Shown piece after piece: positions 9,964 through 19,379 of a stretch of DNA of 64,000 nt. Under the pieces are notes generated by a model that worked only from the letters and a program-made list of their open reading frames with translations, had not been told where the DNA came from and did no database searches. This DNA is from a virus. Location: the IMG/VR virus record IMGVR_UViG_3300046514_000687, positions 32,001 to 96,000 of that record, one strand, 5' to 3'. Positions within the stretch are counted from its first letter, which is position 1. Each line of letters starts with the position of its first letter. The position numbers and the translations under genes are program-made.

Positions 9964-11399
9964 GCCAGGGCCTCACCGGCGTCGCCCAGGCACCCGCCTA
10001 CTCGGCGAACGTGGCGAGCGCGACGACGGTCACGCTGCCCAACGCGCCGATGGACTGCACCTACCCGGTGACCGGGACTACGACGATCACGAGCATTACG
10101 GCTGGGCAGGCCGGCCGCAAGGCACGGTTGATCTTCCAGAGCGCCAACTGCACAGTCGTCAACGGCTCGAACCTCAAACTGGCCGGACGATCGTTCGTCT
10201 CGACCGTGAACCGGATGCTGACGCTGGTCAGCGACGGGACGAACTGGGTCGAGGAGAGCCGAGGAGAGTTTGGAACGCTGGTCCCGGTCACGCAGAACTT
10301 CGGAGACGTAGCTGCGGCCGGGACCGGCGATCAGGCCGCCGACATCTACCACGTTCACGGCATGCCGCCCTATCCCGCGCCCAACGCGCTCTACAACGGA
10401 GACTTCTCGGTAGCGCAGCTCGGGCCGACTGCCGCCCCCTTCGCCAACGCACAGGCGGCACTCGACGGCTGGCAGTGTCTCAACACCAGCGCCGCCGTTC
10501 TGACCCACAACCAGCTTGCCGCCGCCACTTCCGTCATCGGGACGATGAACCTCAGCACCTACTCCTACATCAACACCACGACGGCCGACGCCAGCATCGC
10601 GGCGGGCGACCTCGCCGGGGTCTATCAGCAGATCGAGGGCTACGACGCCCGCGCCATCGCGGCGAACGGCGGGGCGTTCTCGGGCTGGTTCTACTCCAAC
10701 GTCGGCGGCACGTTCTCTATATCGCTGGCGAACCGCGACGCCACCTGGTCCTACATTCGAGAAGTGGTGATCTCTGCGAATACCTGGACCTATGTGACGA
10801 CGACGTTCCCGAGCGGCTACGGGACAATCTCCCTGCCGGGCGACTTCCGGACCAACCGGGGCTTTTACTTCTACATCGCACTCGCGGCGGGCTCGACCTA
10901 CACGACCGCTCCGAACGTCTGGACGAACGCCAACAAGGTCGCCTCAACGAACCAGACGAACTTCGTCGGGACGATCTCGAACGCCTTCTACATAAGCGGT
11001 CTGAACTTGGTTCCTGGTCTAGTGCCACAGCCGTTCTACCCCGCGACCTATGAGCAGCAGTTGGCCCGTTGTCAGCGGTACCGGCAGATCATCGCAACAT
11101 ACCCGATGGCCCTACCGATGGGGCAAGCCATCAACGGCAGTACGATCAATGGCGGCGGTCGCGGTCTACTGGTGCCCATGTGCGGAACGCCTTCGGCCAC
11201 CATCTCCAGCACGGGTCACTTCTCAGCGTTAAAGGCTGACGGGAGCAATGTGGCGCTGGGAAGCTTATCGTTCACGTTCAATCCAGAAGCCTACTACTAT
11301 GCGGCATCAATCACCAGTGGCCTCGTGGCGGGTAATGCGGTGACTGTCTACGGGAGTAACGGTAGTGCTCTAGTGTACGCCTCAGCGTACCCTGCGTAG
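9960..11399 (+). CDS. Tail fibre/receptor-binding protein, paralog 2
   Basis: Same architecture (MSQG.TG, TTADASIAAGDL, IEGYD, GLN.VPG.VPQP, LARCQRY). Confidence 0.7.
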   Translation: MSQGLTGVAQAPAYSANVASATTVTLPNAPMDCTYPVTGTTTITSITAGQAGRKARLIFQSANCTVVNGSNLKLAGRSFVSTVNRMLTLVSDGTNWVEESRGEFGTLVPVTQNFGDVAAAGTGDQAADIYHVHGMPPYPAPNALYNGDFSVAQLGPTAAPFANAQAALDGWQCLNTSAAVLTHNQLAAATSVIGTMNLSTYSYINTTTADASIAAGDLAGVYQQIEGYDARAIAANGGAFSGWFYSNVGGTFSISLANRDATWSYIREVVISANTWTYVTTTFPSGYGTISLPGDFRTNRGFYFYIALAAGSTYTTAPNVWTNANKVASTNQTNFVGTISNAFYISGLNLVPGLVPQPFYPATYEQQLARCQRYRQIIATYPMALPMGQAINGSTINGGGRGLLVPMCGTPSATISSTGHFSALKADGSNVALGSLSFTFNPEAYYYAASITSGLVAGNAVTVYGSNGSALVYASAYPA

Positions 11400-11404
11400 G
11401 AGTA

Positions 11405-11884
11405 ATGGTGGCACAATACCAACTGCACTACACTGAAAAACTCATCATCCAGCACCTGGCTGATGGCTCACAGCGCCAGATCCCCGTGTCGGAGGACAAC
11501 GGCGACTACCTGGCCTACCTGGCGTGGGTAGCAGCCGGTAACACGCCAGACCCAGCTGACCCCGCATCCCCACCGGATCCCCAGGAGGTCGCCGACAACG
11601 ACTTGCTCGACGGGATGAAGGCCGACTACCAGCAGCTCAAGGCCGGCCTGAATGCCATCGAGGCGACCACGGCGAGCCTGACCCAGCACGCCACCACGCT
11701 GAGCAACATCACGCTTACCGGCCTCACCCTGGCGCAGCTCGAAACGCAGCTCCAGCAGACCCTGCGAGCGCTCGGCACGGACCTCGGGACGATGATCGAC
11801 AACACCGACAAGCTGGCTCGCGGCATGGAACGGATGCTGAGCGCGACGGCCATCTTCGTCCGCCACAGCCGGCCGGGCGCCTGA
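11405..11884 (+). CDS. Tail fibre assembly chaperone-like protein
   Basis: IP....N.DY..YL.W.AAGNTP.PA motif, directly after the fibre genes. Confidence 0.6.
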   Translation: MVAQYQLHYTEKLIIQHLADGSQRQIPVSEDNGDYLAYLAWVAAGNTPDPADPASPPDPQEVADNDLLDGMKADYQQLKAGLNAIEATTASLTQHATTLSNITLTGLTLAQLETQLQQTLRALGTDLGTMIDNTDKLARGMERMLSATAIFVRHSRPGA

Positions 11885-11919
11885 GTACGCCCGGCCGTAT
11901 AGTAGAACCAGGTGGTGCC

Positions 11920-12225
11920 GTGACGGAACTCCTCCAGTTCACTCCAGGCTCGGACGTCGTGCAGTTCAGCGCGGGCGAGATCGCGCTGATTACTGGGCTC
12001 TTGATGGCACTGACGGGCGCTATCAGCGCCATCTGGTTCGCCTACAACCGCTCCATGCAAACGCACATCGAGGGGCTGACGCGGGAGTGTAACGCTCTGC
12101 GCGGCATCGCCTTCGAGGCCCTAGGGCTGCTCGGGCAAGTCGCGCGCGAGCAGATGACCGCGGAGCAGCAGCACGCGCTGGCCGCCCTGCACGCGCGGCT
12201 CACCGCTCACACGGGGGACGCCTAG
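11920..12225 (+). CDS. Single-TM protein (holin-like/lysis accessory)
   Basis: TM segment IALITGLLMALTGAISAIWFAY, upstream of the endolysin. Confidence 0.5.
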   Translation: MTELLQFTPGSDVVQFSAGEIALITGLLMALTGAISAIWFAYNRSMQTHIEGLTRECNALRGIAFEALGLLGQVAREQMTAEQQHALAALHARLTAHTGDA

Positions 12226-12495
12226 CCTCGTGAGTCGCACCTATGTCGTGCCGTTCCGTCGTCGCCGAAGAGGTCTTGCGCGCGCGCGCACTCCAGCGCC
12301 TGCTCTGGTGGCAGGAGGCCGAGCGCCTGGCGGTGCCGCAGGCTGCGCGCACTCGCGCCTGCTTCATGCGCTGGCTAATGGAGCGGCGCTACGGGGACCG
12401 GCCCGGCCGCCGCGTGATCGACGGCCCGGTCGTCTAGGGTGCGGGCGTGCTACGATAGGCGCGGCGATTCCGCCAGTACCGGGAAGGGGACGCCC

Positions 12496-13608
12496 ATGCG
12501 ACCCTACACCGCCGAGGACGTGATCGCCGCGGCCACCGCCGCCGGCGCCGACGAGACGCTCGCGCCGATCATGGCCGCCGCCGCGATGAGCGAGGGCGGC
12601 GGCGACCTCGACGCCGCCGGCGACTACGATAGCGCGGGCGTCGCACACTCCTTCGGCCCCTACCAGATCAACGACATCAACAACGTCCCACGCAGCGTGA
12701 GTACCGACCTCCAGGCGTCCACCGACTGGATGTTCCAGCACGAGTTCGAGCGCGCTTATGCGACCGGCACCGCCAACGGTCTCGTGGCCGAGCGCCTGGC
12801 GCGCTGGTGCTGCATGGCCGCCGAGCGCCCCTACGGCTGGGGCGGTGCGGGCGACCCCGGCCTCGACAGCTCGGCCGCCGACCGCTACGCGGCGCACTGG
12901 CTGGGCATCGTCGCGGGTACCGAGCCCAAGCCGCCGCCGGCCGCGGGGCCGCCCTTCGCCTATAACCCCGACGTGCCCGCGCAACTCCAGTACCAGAGCT
13001 GGACCTGCTCGATCCGCTCTACGATGTGGATGCTCAGCAGCCTGGGCTACCCGGTGAACGTCGCCACCCAGCAGGACCTGATGACGCCCTGGCCGGTCGG
13101 GGTCAACGTGGGCCTGCTCGCCCGCGACGGCAGCGGCCTAGCCCAGTTCATCCGCGACACCTACGGCCTGCCCTGCTACAACGTCTACGAAGCCACCTGG
13201 GACGACGTGCTCGCCGTGGCGGGCCGCTACCCCTGCGCGCTGGGCGGCGTGGGCTGGTACCACTGGGTCGGGGTGCGCCGCGTCGAGGAGGACGGCGGGC
13301 TGGGCCTGGCGAACCCGGCGCCCGGCTACCGCGAGATCTGGAACTACCTCAGCCAGGACCAGTTCGAGGGGCCGCTCGGCCCGTTCGCCCTGGTCGTCAT
13401 CGAGGTCGGAGAGGAGGACCCCGTGGCCATCGCCGAACTGGAAGCCCAGAACGCGGAGCTGATCAGCAAGCTCGGCTACCTGCAGGGCGACGTGGCGAAC
13501 GGCATTCAGCAGGGGCTGGACGGCGCGGTCGCCGCGACGGACGACGCCGCGCGGGCGCCCGCCTACGACGCCATCCAGGCCGGGATCAACACCCTCCGGA
13601 ACGCCTGA
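12496..13608 (+). CDS. Endolysin: lysozyme-like/transglycosylase domain plus C39-like cysteine peptidase domain
   Basis: SEGGG...SFGPYQIN, then Pro linker, then Q..SWTCS...HWVGV...ANPA. Confidence 0.7.
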   Translation: MRPYTAEDVIAAATAAGADETLAPIMAAAAMSEGGGDLDAAGDYDSAGVAHSFGPYQINDINNVPRSVSTDLQASTDWMFQHEFERAYATGTANGLVAERLARWCCMAAERPYGWGGAGDPGLDSSAADRYAAHWLGIVAGTEPKPPPAAGPPFAYNPDVPAQLQYQSWTCSIRSTMWMLSSLGYPVNVATQQDLMTPWPVGVNVGLLARDGSGLAQFIRDTYGLPCYNVYEATWDDVLAVAGRYPCALGGVGWYHWVGVRRVEEDGGLGLANPAPGYREIWNYLSQDQFEGPLGPFALVVIEVGEEDPVAIAELEAQNAELISKLGYLQGDVANGIQQGLDGAVAATDDAARAPAYDAIQAGINTLRNA

Positions 13609-13865
13609 TGCTACCCCACGACCGGGCCAACCTCGACGCGCTGGTGCGGATGGCTGGGCGCGACAGTAAGAATACCTGGCCGCTACTGGAGTGGCTGGGC
13701 GTGCACGGGATGACCGCCACGCTGCGCTGGGCGCCGCGGGCGCAGCTCTGGGCCTGCGAGTGGGAAGAGGGCGGCGTCGGCTCGCTGACCGGCGGGGCAA
13801 GTTCGCCGGTCGCCCACCACGCCGTGATCGAGTGCGGCAAGACGATCCTGGAGGGAACGGCGTGA
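13608..13865 (+). CDS. Hypothetical protein
   Basis: ATG coupled to the endolysin stop (TGATG). Confidence 0.45.
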   Translation: MLPHDRANLDALVRMAGRDSKNTWPLLEWLGVHGMTATLRWAPRAQLWACEWEEGGVGSLTGGASSPVAHHAVIECGKTILEGTA

Positions 13866-14037
13866 GCAGGCAGGACGGCGGGCAGGACGGCGGGCATGCC
13901 TGCTACCGCTGCGGGCACCCCGCTCCGTCATCCGCGCCGCCCCGCACCCTTGCCGCGCTGTGCCCAGCCTGCGTAGCAGCGCAGCGCGCCGGAAAGGGAC
14001 TGCCGCCAGGCAGCGTCACTAAGTAGGGAGATCCCCA

Positions 14038-14955
14038 ATGGCCGATTCATTGCACAGTGCCTATCCTGAGTTCTTCGGCGGCGCGGTGATCGCCCCGCCC
14101 ATCCCCCGCAGCTCCGGCCTCTACGCCGGCATCGACGACCCCTTCGCCACTCTCTCGGCCCTCCAGGCCAACCAGCGCAACGACCTGCGCGACTACGTGA
14201 CCGAGGCCGGCGACCGCACCGGCCAGTCGCTGGCCATCCCCGTCCGCAACCAGGGTCGCTTCGGCGCCTGCACCGGTTTTACCGGCACGGCCGTCCGCGC
14301 TGCCCTCGCCGCGCGCTACCACCTGGAGCGCGGCGAGGCGCCGGAGGTGGGCGACACGCCGTCGGCCCGCTACGCCTACCTGAAGACGCGCCAGCTCGAC
14401 GGCGACGCGACCGTGGACCACGGCGCCAGCATGGAGAGCGCTTGCCGCGTCTACCCGCTGTTCGGCGTCTCGCCAGCGCGGTTCGATCCCTGGGACGACG
14501 CCGCCGCGGCGAAGGGCGACATGGTCTGGCTGAACCACACGCCGACGAAGGAGGCCGATGACGGCGCCCAGTTCTTCGGGGCCAGCGGCTACGCCCGGCT
14601 GAACGGCCAGGGGCTCAGCCTAATCGCCAGCATCGTGCAGTGCATCGCCGACGGCTACCCGGCCCTGCTCGCCTTCGGCGTGCCGCAAAGCTTCATGGAA
14701 ACCGGGCCGGACGGCAAGGTCAAGATGCCGGGCGCCAGCGAGCCGAGCCAGGGGGGGCATGCCAACGCGGCCTTCGCGGTATTCCTCGATAATAGCTTTC
14801 CCGGTGGAGGTTGCATCCTGCACCAGAACTCCTGGACGGAGAGCTGGGGCCAAGCGGGGTGGGGGTACCTGCCCTTCGCGTGGGCAACGACAAAGATCCA
14901 GGCCGGCCAGGGCATCGGCACCTACTGGTTGGGCGAAGCTCACACAGTACGCTAA
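14038..14955 (+). CDS. Papain-like (C1A) cysteine peptidase
   Basis: Catalytic motifs VRNQGRFGACTGF, GGHA, QNSW..SWG..G.G.LP. Confidence 0.85.
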   Translation: MADSLHSAYPEFFGGAVIAPPIPRSSGLYAGIDDPFATLSALQANQRNDLRDYVTEAGDRTGQSLAIPVRNQGRFGACTGFTGTAVRAALAARYHLERGEAPEVGDTPSARYAYLKTRQLDGDATVDHGASMESACRVYPLFGVSPARFDPWDDAAAAKGDMVWLNHTPTKEADDGAQFFGASGYARLNGQGLSLIASIVQCIADGYPALLAFGVPQSFMETGPDGKVKMPGASEPSQGGHANAAFAVFLDNSFPGGGCILHQNSWTESWGQAGWGYLPFAWATTKIQAGQGIGTYWLGEAHTVR

Positions 14956-14996
14956 ACCGCGTGGGCCGGCTCCTTATACGCGTATAAGGGAATCGG

Positions 14997-15503
14997 GTGA
15001 GCATCCACATCGGTGACGCGAACCCCTACTACGCCTTCCTGGCTCTGCTACGCGGCCAGGACGAGATGCAGCAGGCACTCGCGCGCATCGAGCGCAACCA
15101 GGCCACGCTGGGAGCCGCGGTGGCGCGCATCGAGCTGAAGGAGGGGACGATCATGGCGCTGACCCAGGCGGAGCAGGACGCCATCGCCGCGCTCACGGCG
15201 AAGATCACGGAGATCGGCGGTGACGTGGACGCAGTCGTCGAGGCAGTCAAGGGCAACCTGGTCAACCTCCAGAGCCAGGTGGCGGCACTCACGGAGCTAC
15301 GCGACCAGCTTCAGGCCAACGATGCGGCCGACGCGGCGCAGATCGCCTCGCTGAGCACGACGATCACGGCGCTCAACGAGGCCGCGGCATCGTCGGAGTC
15401 TGAGGTGCTCGCCGCGCTGCACGGCCTGGGCGGCCACCTCGACGACCTGGACACCCACGTCGAGGGCCTGGCGCCCGCGCCCCCGCCGCCGCCGGCGCCA
15501 TGA
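14997..15503 (+). CDS. Coiled-coil protein
   Basis: Heptad pattern. Possible internal in-frame start at ATG 15153 after GGAGGG. Confidence 0.55.
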   Translation: MSIHIGDANPYYAFLALLRGQDEMQQALARIERNQATLGAAVARIELKEGTIMALTQAEQDAIAALTAKITEIGGDVDAVVEAVKGNLVNLQSQVAALTELRDQLQANDAADAAQIASLSTTITALNEAAASSESEVLAALHGLGGHLDDLDTHVEGLAPAPPPPPAP

Positions 15504-15988
15504 AGAACCCCCTGGCGCAGCTTCTCGGCCTGGCTCCGCGGCCCCTGAAGCGCCTGGACCGGCCGGAGTGGACCTGGCGGCAGAGCGGTAAGCATCGCGG
15601 GACCGGCGACGGCTGGGCGGCGACGGTTAAGCTCGACCGGTGCCTGACGCTGAACGGCGGCGCGCCCGGGGAAGGCATGGTGATCGAGACCTGGCGGCTG
15701 CCGGTCGTATCTTTCGAGGCCCGGCCGCCCGAGGGCCGGATCGCGAACCCGCTCGCGGAGCTGGTGCCGTCGGTCGGCCTCCCGACGCCCAACCTGTTCC
15801 GGCCGGTGGGACGCACGGCGTCGGGCGACCCGGTATACCTGGATAGCCGCGGTCGGCGGCGCGTTTACCCGGCCGCGCCGCAGAGCCGGGCTAACCCCGC
15901 ACTTTCGAATCCGATCCACCGCTAGGAGCTGGACGGGGCCGCGAGTTCGGGCAGGCTCGCGGCGCCCGTCGAGCCAGGGGAGGACACC

Positions 15989-17122
15989 GTGGCAGACCTG
16001 GACGAGGCGCGCGGGCGGTTCGAGGCGATCCAGGCCGAGTGCGACCGCGACGACCTGCGCCACACCGTCATCACGCAGCCCAGCGACAGCATGACAAAGG
16101 CCCAGCTCACCCAGCTCTGCCAGGACAACAACGCCTTTGCGGCCGACATCCAGGCCGCGCTGGGGATCGTCTGGGAGCACGCCGCGGCGGGGCTAGGCGC
16201 GCTGGCCGGCGACCAGCCGGGCCCGCCGCCCGAGCCGCCGCCCGCCGAGCAGTGGAATGGGCCGGCAGCGGGCTTCTACGGTAGCCAGCACTACGGCTCC
16301 GGCGCCCGCGCCTGGGGCAACCTGACGATCCCCCACGGCATCCCCCGCGGCGCGCTGTTCCAGGTCCACGGCGGGGGCTGGATGATGGGCGATCCCTACC
16401 AGGCCGGCCCGCTCGTGGACGCCGTGGTAGTCGATGACTATGTGCCGCTGCTGGAGGGCCAGTACGGCCTGTCCGAGGGGCACCGCTACGGCCTCCAGGT
16501 GATGGCCTCCTACGCGGCGCAGCGCTGGGGCGTGATCGTCTGGGAGCCGGCCTACAGCTACTCCAGCGGCGATCCGGACGTCTGCCTGCGCGACGTGACG
16601 GCGGCGGTCACCTGGCTGCGTCAGCAGCTCGCCGCGTGGGGCGTGCCGAGCTTGCCGATCGTCTACGCCGGCCACAGCGCCGGGGGGCAGCTTAGCCTGC
16701 GCGCCGCGCTGGACCCCGCCCTGCCGGCGCCCGCCGCCTGGCTCGGCATGGCTGCCGCGGGCCTAACCGTCCACCGCACTGCCGACGTGCAAGACGCGCC
16801 TGGCGGTTTCGGCCAGGGCGGCACGGGCTGGATCTTCCAAACGGCGTGGGGCAACCCGGCCAACTGGCCGAGCTACGCGCCGGACACCCACCTGCACGAC
16901 CGCGGTGAGCGCTTTCCCCTGTACGTCGAGCAGGGCAATCAGAACGGCCGGGATGATGGGTCCGTGCTGGTCCGCTGGGCCGCCAACTTCACCCCGCTAG
17001 CAGTAGGAGCTGGGTGGCCCACTCAATACCACGAGCAAAGTGGCGCTAATCACTTTGCGATCCGGTTTGACCAGTCTCCAACTACCAGAGCGGATATGGA
17101 CAAGATCTGGTCTGAGGTCTAG
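15989..17122 (+). CDS. Alpha/beta hydrolase (HSL-type esterase)
   Basis: HGGGW oxyanion motif, GHSAGG nucleophile, downstream D and H residues. Confidence 0.85.
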   Translation: MADLDEARGRFEAIQAECDRDDLRHTVITQPSDSMTKAQLTQLCQDNNAFAADIQAALGIVWEHAAAGLGALAGDQPGPPPEPPPAEQWNGPAAGFYGSQHYGSGARAWGNLTIPHGIPRGALFQVHGGGWMMGDPYQAGPLVDAVVVDDYVPLLEGQYGLSEGHRYGLQVMASYAAQRWGVIVWEPAYSYSSGDPDVCLRDVTAAVTWLRQQLAAWGVPSLPIVYAGHSAGGQLSLRAALDPALPAPAAWLGMAAAGLTVHRTADVQDAPGGFGQGGTGWIFQTAWGNPANWPSYAPDTHLHDRGERFPLYVEQGNQNGRDDGSVLVRWAANFTPLAVGAGWPTQYHEQSGANHFAIRFDQSPTTRADMDKIWSEV

Positions 17123-17130
17123 GCGGCACC

Positions 17131-17487
17131 GTGTTCGTAGCCGCTGTCATCGTGGAGAGATTCTCCAATACGCATCACTGCCACCTGGAGACCGTGCCCC
17201 CGCGGCGTGGCGAGTGGGGCTGCTTCCTGGACCTGAAGTACGAAGTAGAGCGCCACTACGGCACTCAGGTCAGCTTCTACTACCGGGATATCGGCAGTGC
17301 GAAGGCCGTGCCGGTGGGCTGGGTCTTCCAGTGCAACGACGGCGAGGCGGTCATTGAAACCTGGGTCAGCGTCGTCGACGCGGCTACGCTGAAGTACATC
17401 GACATCCGCCACCTGGCGGCGCTGATCCCGGCCGATCCGCCGCATCCGAGCATCCTGCACCCCGCGAGCAGCGGCACGTGGGACTGA
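17131..17487 (+). CDS. Hypothetical protein
   Basis: ORF in operon context. Confidence 0.45.
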   Translation: MFVAAVIVERFSNTHHCHLETVPPRRGEWGCFLDLKYEVERHYGTQVSFYYRDIGSAKAVPVGWVFQCNDGEAVIETWVSVVDAATLKYIDIRHLAALIPADPPHPSILHPASSGTWD

Positions 17488-17494
17488 CCGCGCC

Positions 17495-17827
17495 ATGGGC
17501 GCCGCGTGCCCCCGCTGCGGTGGCTCGCTGCTGTTCGAGCGCGACGACGCCACGCGCGGCCAGGTGGCGGCCTGCCTGATGTGCGGGGAGCGGCTGTGGC
17601 TGAGCGGGATGCCGACCGATTACGCGCCGCCGATCCGCAGCGGACCGCGCCCGCGGCCGGAGCAGGTACGGGGCCAGATCGACGGGCGGCGGCTGCTGTT
17701 CGAGCCGGCGCAGGTGGCCGCCATCCAGGCGGCGCTCGACGCGGGCGTGCCGGTGCAGCGCGTGGCGCGGCGGTTCGGCTGCGCCTACGAGACGATCCGG
17801 CGGATCAAGCGGGGCGAGTACCGCTAG
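17495..17827 (+). CDS. Zn-ribbon plus Hin-type HTH DNA-binding protein
   Basis: CPRC...CLMC and C-terminal GVPVQRVARRFGCAYETIRRI. Confidence 0.7.
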   Translation: MGAACPRCGGSLLFERDDATRGQVAACLMCGERLWLSGMPTDYAPPIRSGPRPRPEQVRGQIDGRRLLFEPAQVAAIQAALDAGVPVQRVARRFGCAYETIRRIKRGEYR

Positions 17828-17839
17828 GAGGAGGGGCTC

Positions 17840-18232
17840 GTGGAGTGGCTGATCAGCATCTTCAGCACCGGCTGGGTGAAGGCGGTGGTCGTCCTGATGT
17901 TCGCCAACGTCGCCACGGGCATCGCCGTCGCCCTGTACACGGGCGTATTCGACCTGGGCGACCTGGCGAGCTGGCTGCGCAGCCGGGCCGTGCCGTACCT
18001 GCTGGGCGGCGCGGCGGCGAAGCTGGCCGTCCAGATCGGCGGCGCGGACCTCGGGATCACGCCGGACATGGCCGACGCGGTGTGGGCCTTCGTGATCCTA
18101 GCCCTGGTGGGCCACATCATCCAGAACCTCCGTGAGCTGGGCCTGCCGCTGTCGCAGCAGTTCGGCGCGCCGCGGTCCGACTCGCTGAGCCCGCCCAGCC
18201 CGCCGCTCGTCGAGCCACCCCCGCGGCCCTAG
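17840..18232 (+). CDS. Holin-like multi-TM protein
   Basis: About three hydrophobic segments, I.QNL.ELG.P motif, strong RBS. Confidence 0.65.
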   Translation: MEWLISIFSTGWVKAVVVLMFANVATGIAVALYTGVFDLGDLASWLRSRAVPYLLGGAAAKLAVQIGGADLGITPDMADAVWAFVILALVGHIIQNLRELGLPLSQQFGAPRSDSLSPPSPPLVEPPPRP

Positions 18233-18320
18233 TGGTACACTGGGCTCGCCGCTGATCACGGCACGGCAGGCGGCCCGACCCGTCTGCTGCGACGTCTGGG
18301 CCACTACGTCAGCCGTCGCC

Positions 18321-18360
18321 GCCGATGCCTCGTGAGCGCACACACTCGCGAGGCATCGGT
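18321..18360. terminator. Hairpin between convergent operons
   Basis: GCCGATGCCTCGTGAG-N8-CTCGCGAGGCATCGGT 16-bp stem. Confidence 0.65.
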
Positions 18361-18364
18361 GTGT

Positions 18365-18736
18365 CTAGTCGTCGGGCAGCATCAGCGCCCGGCGGAAGAT
18401 GCCGACGATCTGGGCGTGCTTGGCCGCGGCCTCCTCCCAGGTGTCCCAGCTCCAGCTCATCTCCGATCCCTTGTCCTCCGGGCCATCCTGCATCTGCAGC
18501 AGCGTCTCGAAGAGGGCGACCGGCTGCCCGGTGAGCAGGCTCTGCGCGCTCTGGCCGAGGAAGACCGTGCTGACGCTGGCGGAGCGCTCGGTGGCCGGGT
18601 CTTTCCAGCGCCAGAGGCCGACGCGCCGCGCCGCGATGTCCTCCACCAGCACTCCCCAGGCGAGCGCGTCCGGCGCCGGCACGGGCGTCTGTCCGTCTAA
18701 GACCCAGAGGCCACGGCTGAGCTGCGGGTCGCTCAC
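18365..18736 (-). CDS. Conserved-type phage hypothetical protein
   Basis: VSTVFLG...LFET...TWEEA...H pattern. Confidence 0.6.
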   Translation of the reverse strand: MSDPQLSRGLWVLDGQTPVPAPDALAWGVLVEDIAARRVGLWRWKDPATERSASVSTVFLGQSAQSLLTGQPVALFETLLQMQDGPEDKGSEMSWSWDTWEEAAAKHAQIVGIFRRALMLPDD

Positions 18737-19374
18737 CAGTGCACGTACTCCCGCGCGGCCAGGAGGTCGGCCGCGAGTCGCCTAATATCCCCACCGCGCT
18801 CGCCCTGCAACAGTGCCTGGCCCCCACGGCGCCAATAAACAGCCAGCATTACAATCTGGCGCCAGATTGCATAGTCGTGCGCCTTCTTAGTCCGTAACGG
18901 ATAGGCGTCAAAGTGCGGGATAATGGCGCTGTACAGCACGTCCCGATGGCCGACCTTCCATGTCAGGGTCGGATGTTCGCTAGGAGACACCCGCTTCCCG
19001 GCGTAGAGAGCGCCAATGCCGGTAGTCTCCCGGACTTCCTCAAGAACTGCGCGGTCGTCATCTCGCAACTTGATCTCGAAACAAAGGGTCAGGTGGCCTC
19101 TCAGTACCGAGGCCCGAAAGTGTCCCTCGCCATCGGTCAACCCAGTAAGCCAGGCGCCAAACAAGGGGTCGTAGGCTGGGATCTGCAGTGGCGGCGGCTG
19201 AAACTCTGACCTCACCTGATCCGCTCGTTCTCGTAAAAGCGCCTTCTCACGACGGTAGTAGTAGGTCTTGCGGCTTGCCTTGCGGCAGGTGCGGCAAGCG
19301 CGGAATCCATCGGGCGTCCAGTATAGGTTGCTACCGGAGTACGGATGCCCGGCTGGGCAATGGGTATGCTGCAC
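18733..19374 (-). CDS. LAGLIDADG homing endonuclease with N-terminal Cys-rich (THCP.GH..CR.C) domain
   Basis: WLTGLTDGEGHF, F.I....DD...L......GIG, IIPHFD.YPL.TKK..DY.IW. GTG at 19374 with AGGAG RBS. Confidence 0.85.
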   Translation of the reverse strand: MQHTHCPAGHPYSGSNLYWTPDGFRACRTCRKASRKTYYYRREKALLRERADQVRSEFQPPPLQIPAYDPLFGAWLTGLTDGEGHFRASVLRGHLTLCFEIKLRDDDRAVLEEVRETTGIGALYAGKRVSPSEHPTLTWKVGHRDVLYSAIIPHFDAYPLRTKKAHDYAIWRQIVMLAVYWRRGGQALLQGERGGDIRRLAADLLAAREYVHW

Positions 19375-19379
19375 GGCTC

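Noticed and set aside
8623-11399. Diversity-generating retroelement acting on the fibre paralogs
   Set aside because: No reverse transcriptase and no near-identical repeat pair differing only at adenines was seen.
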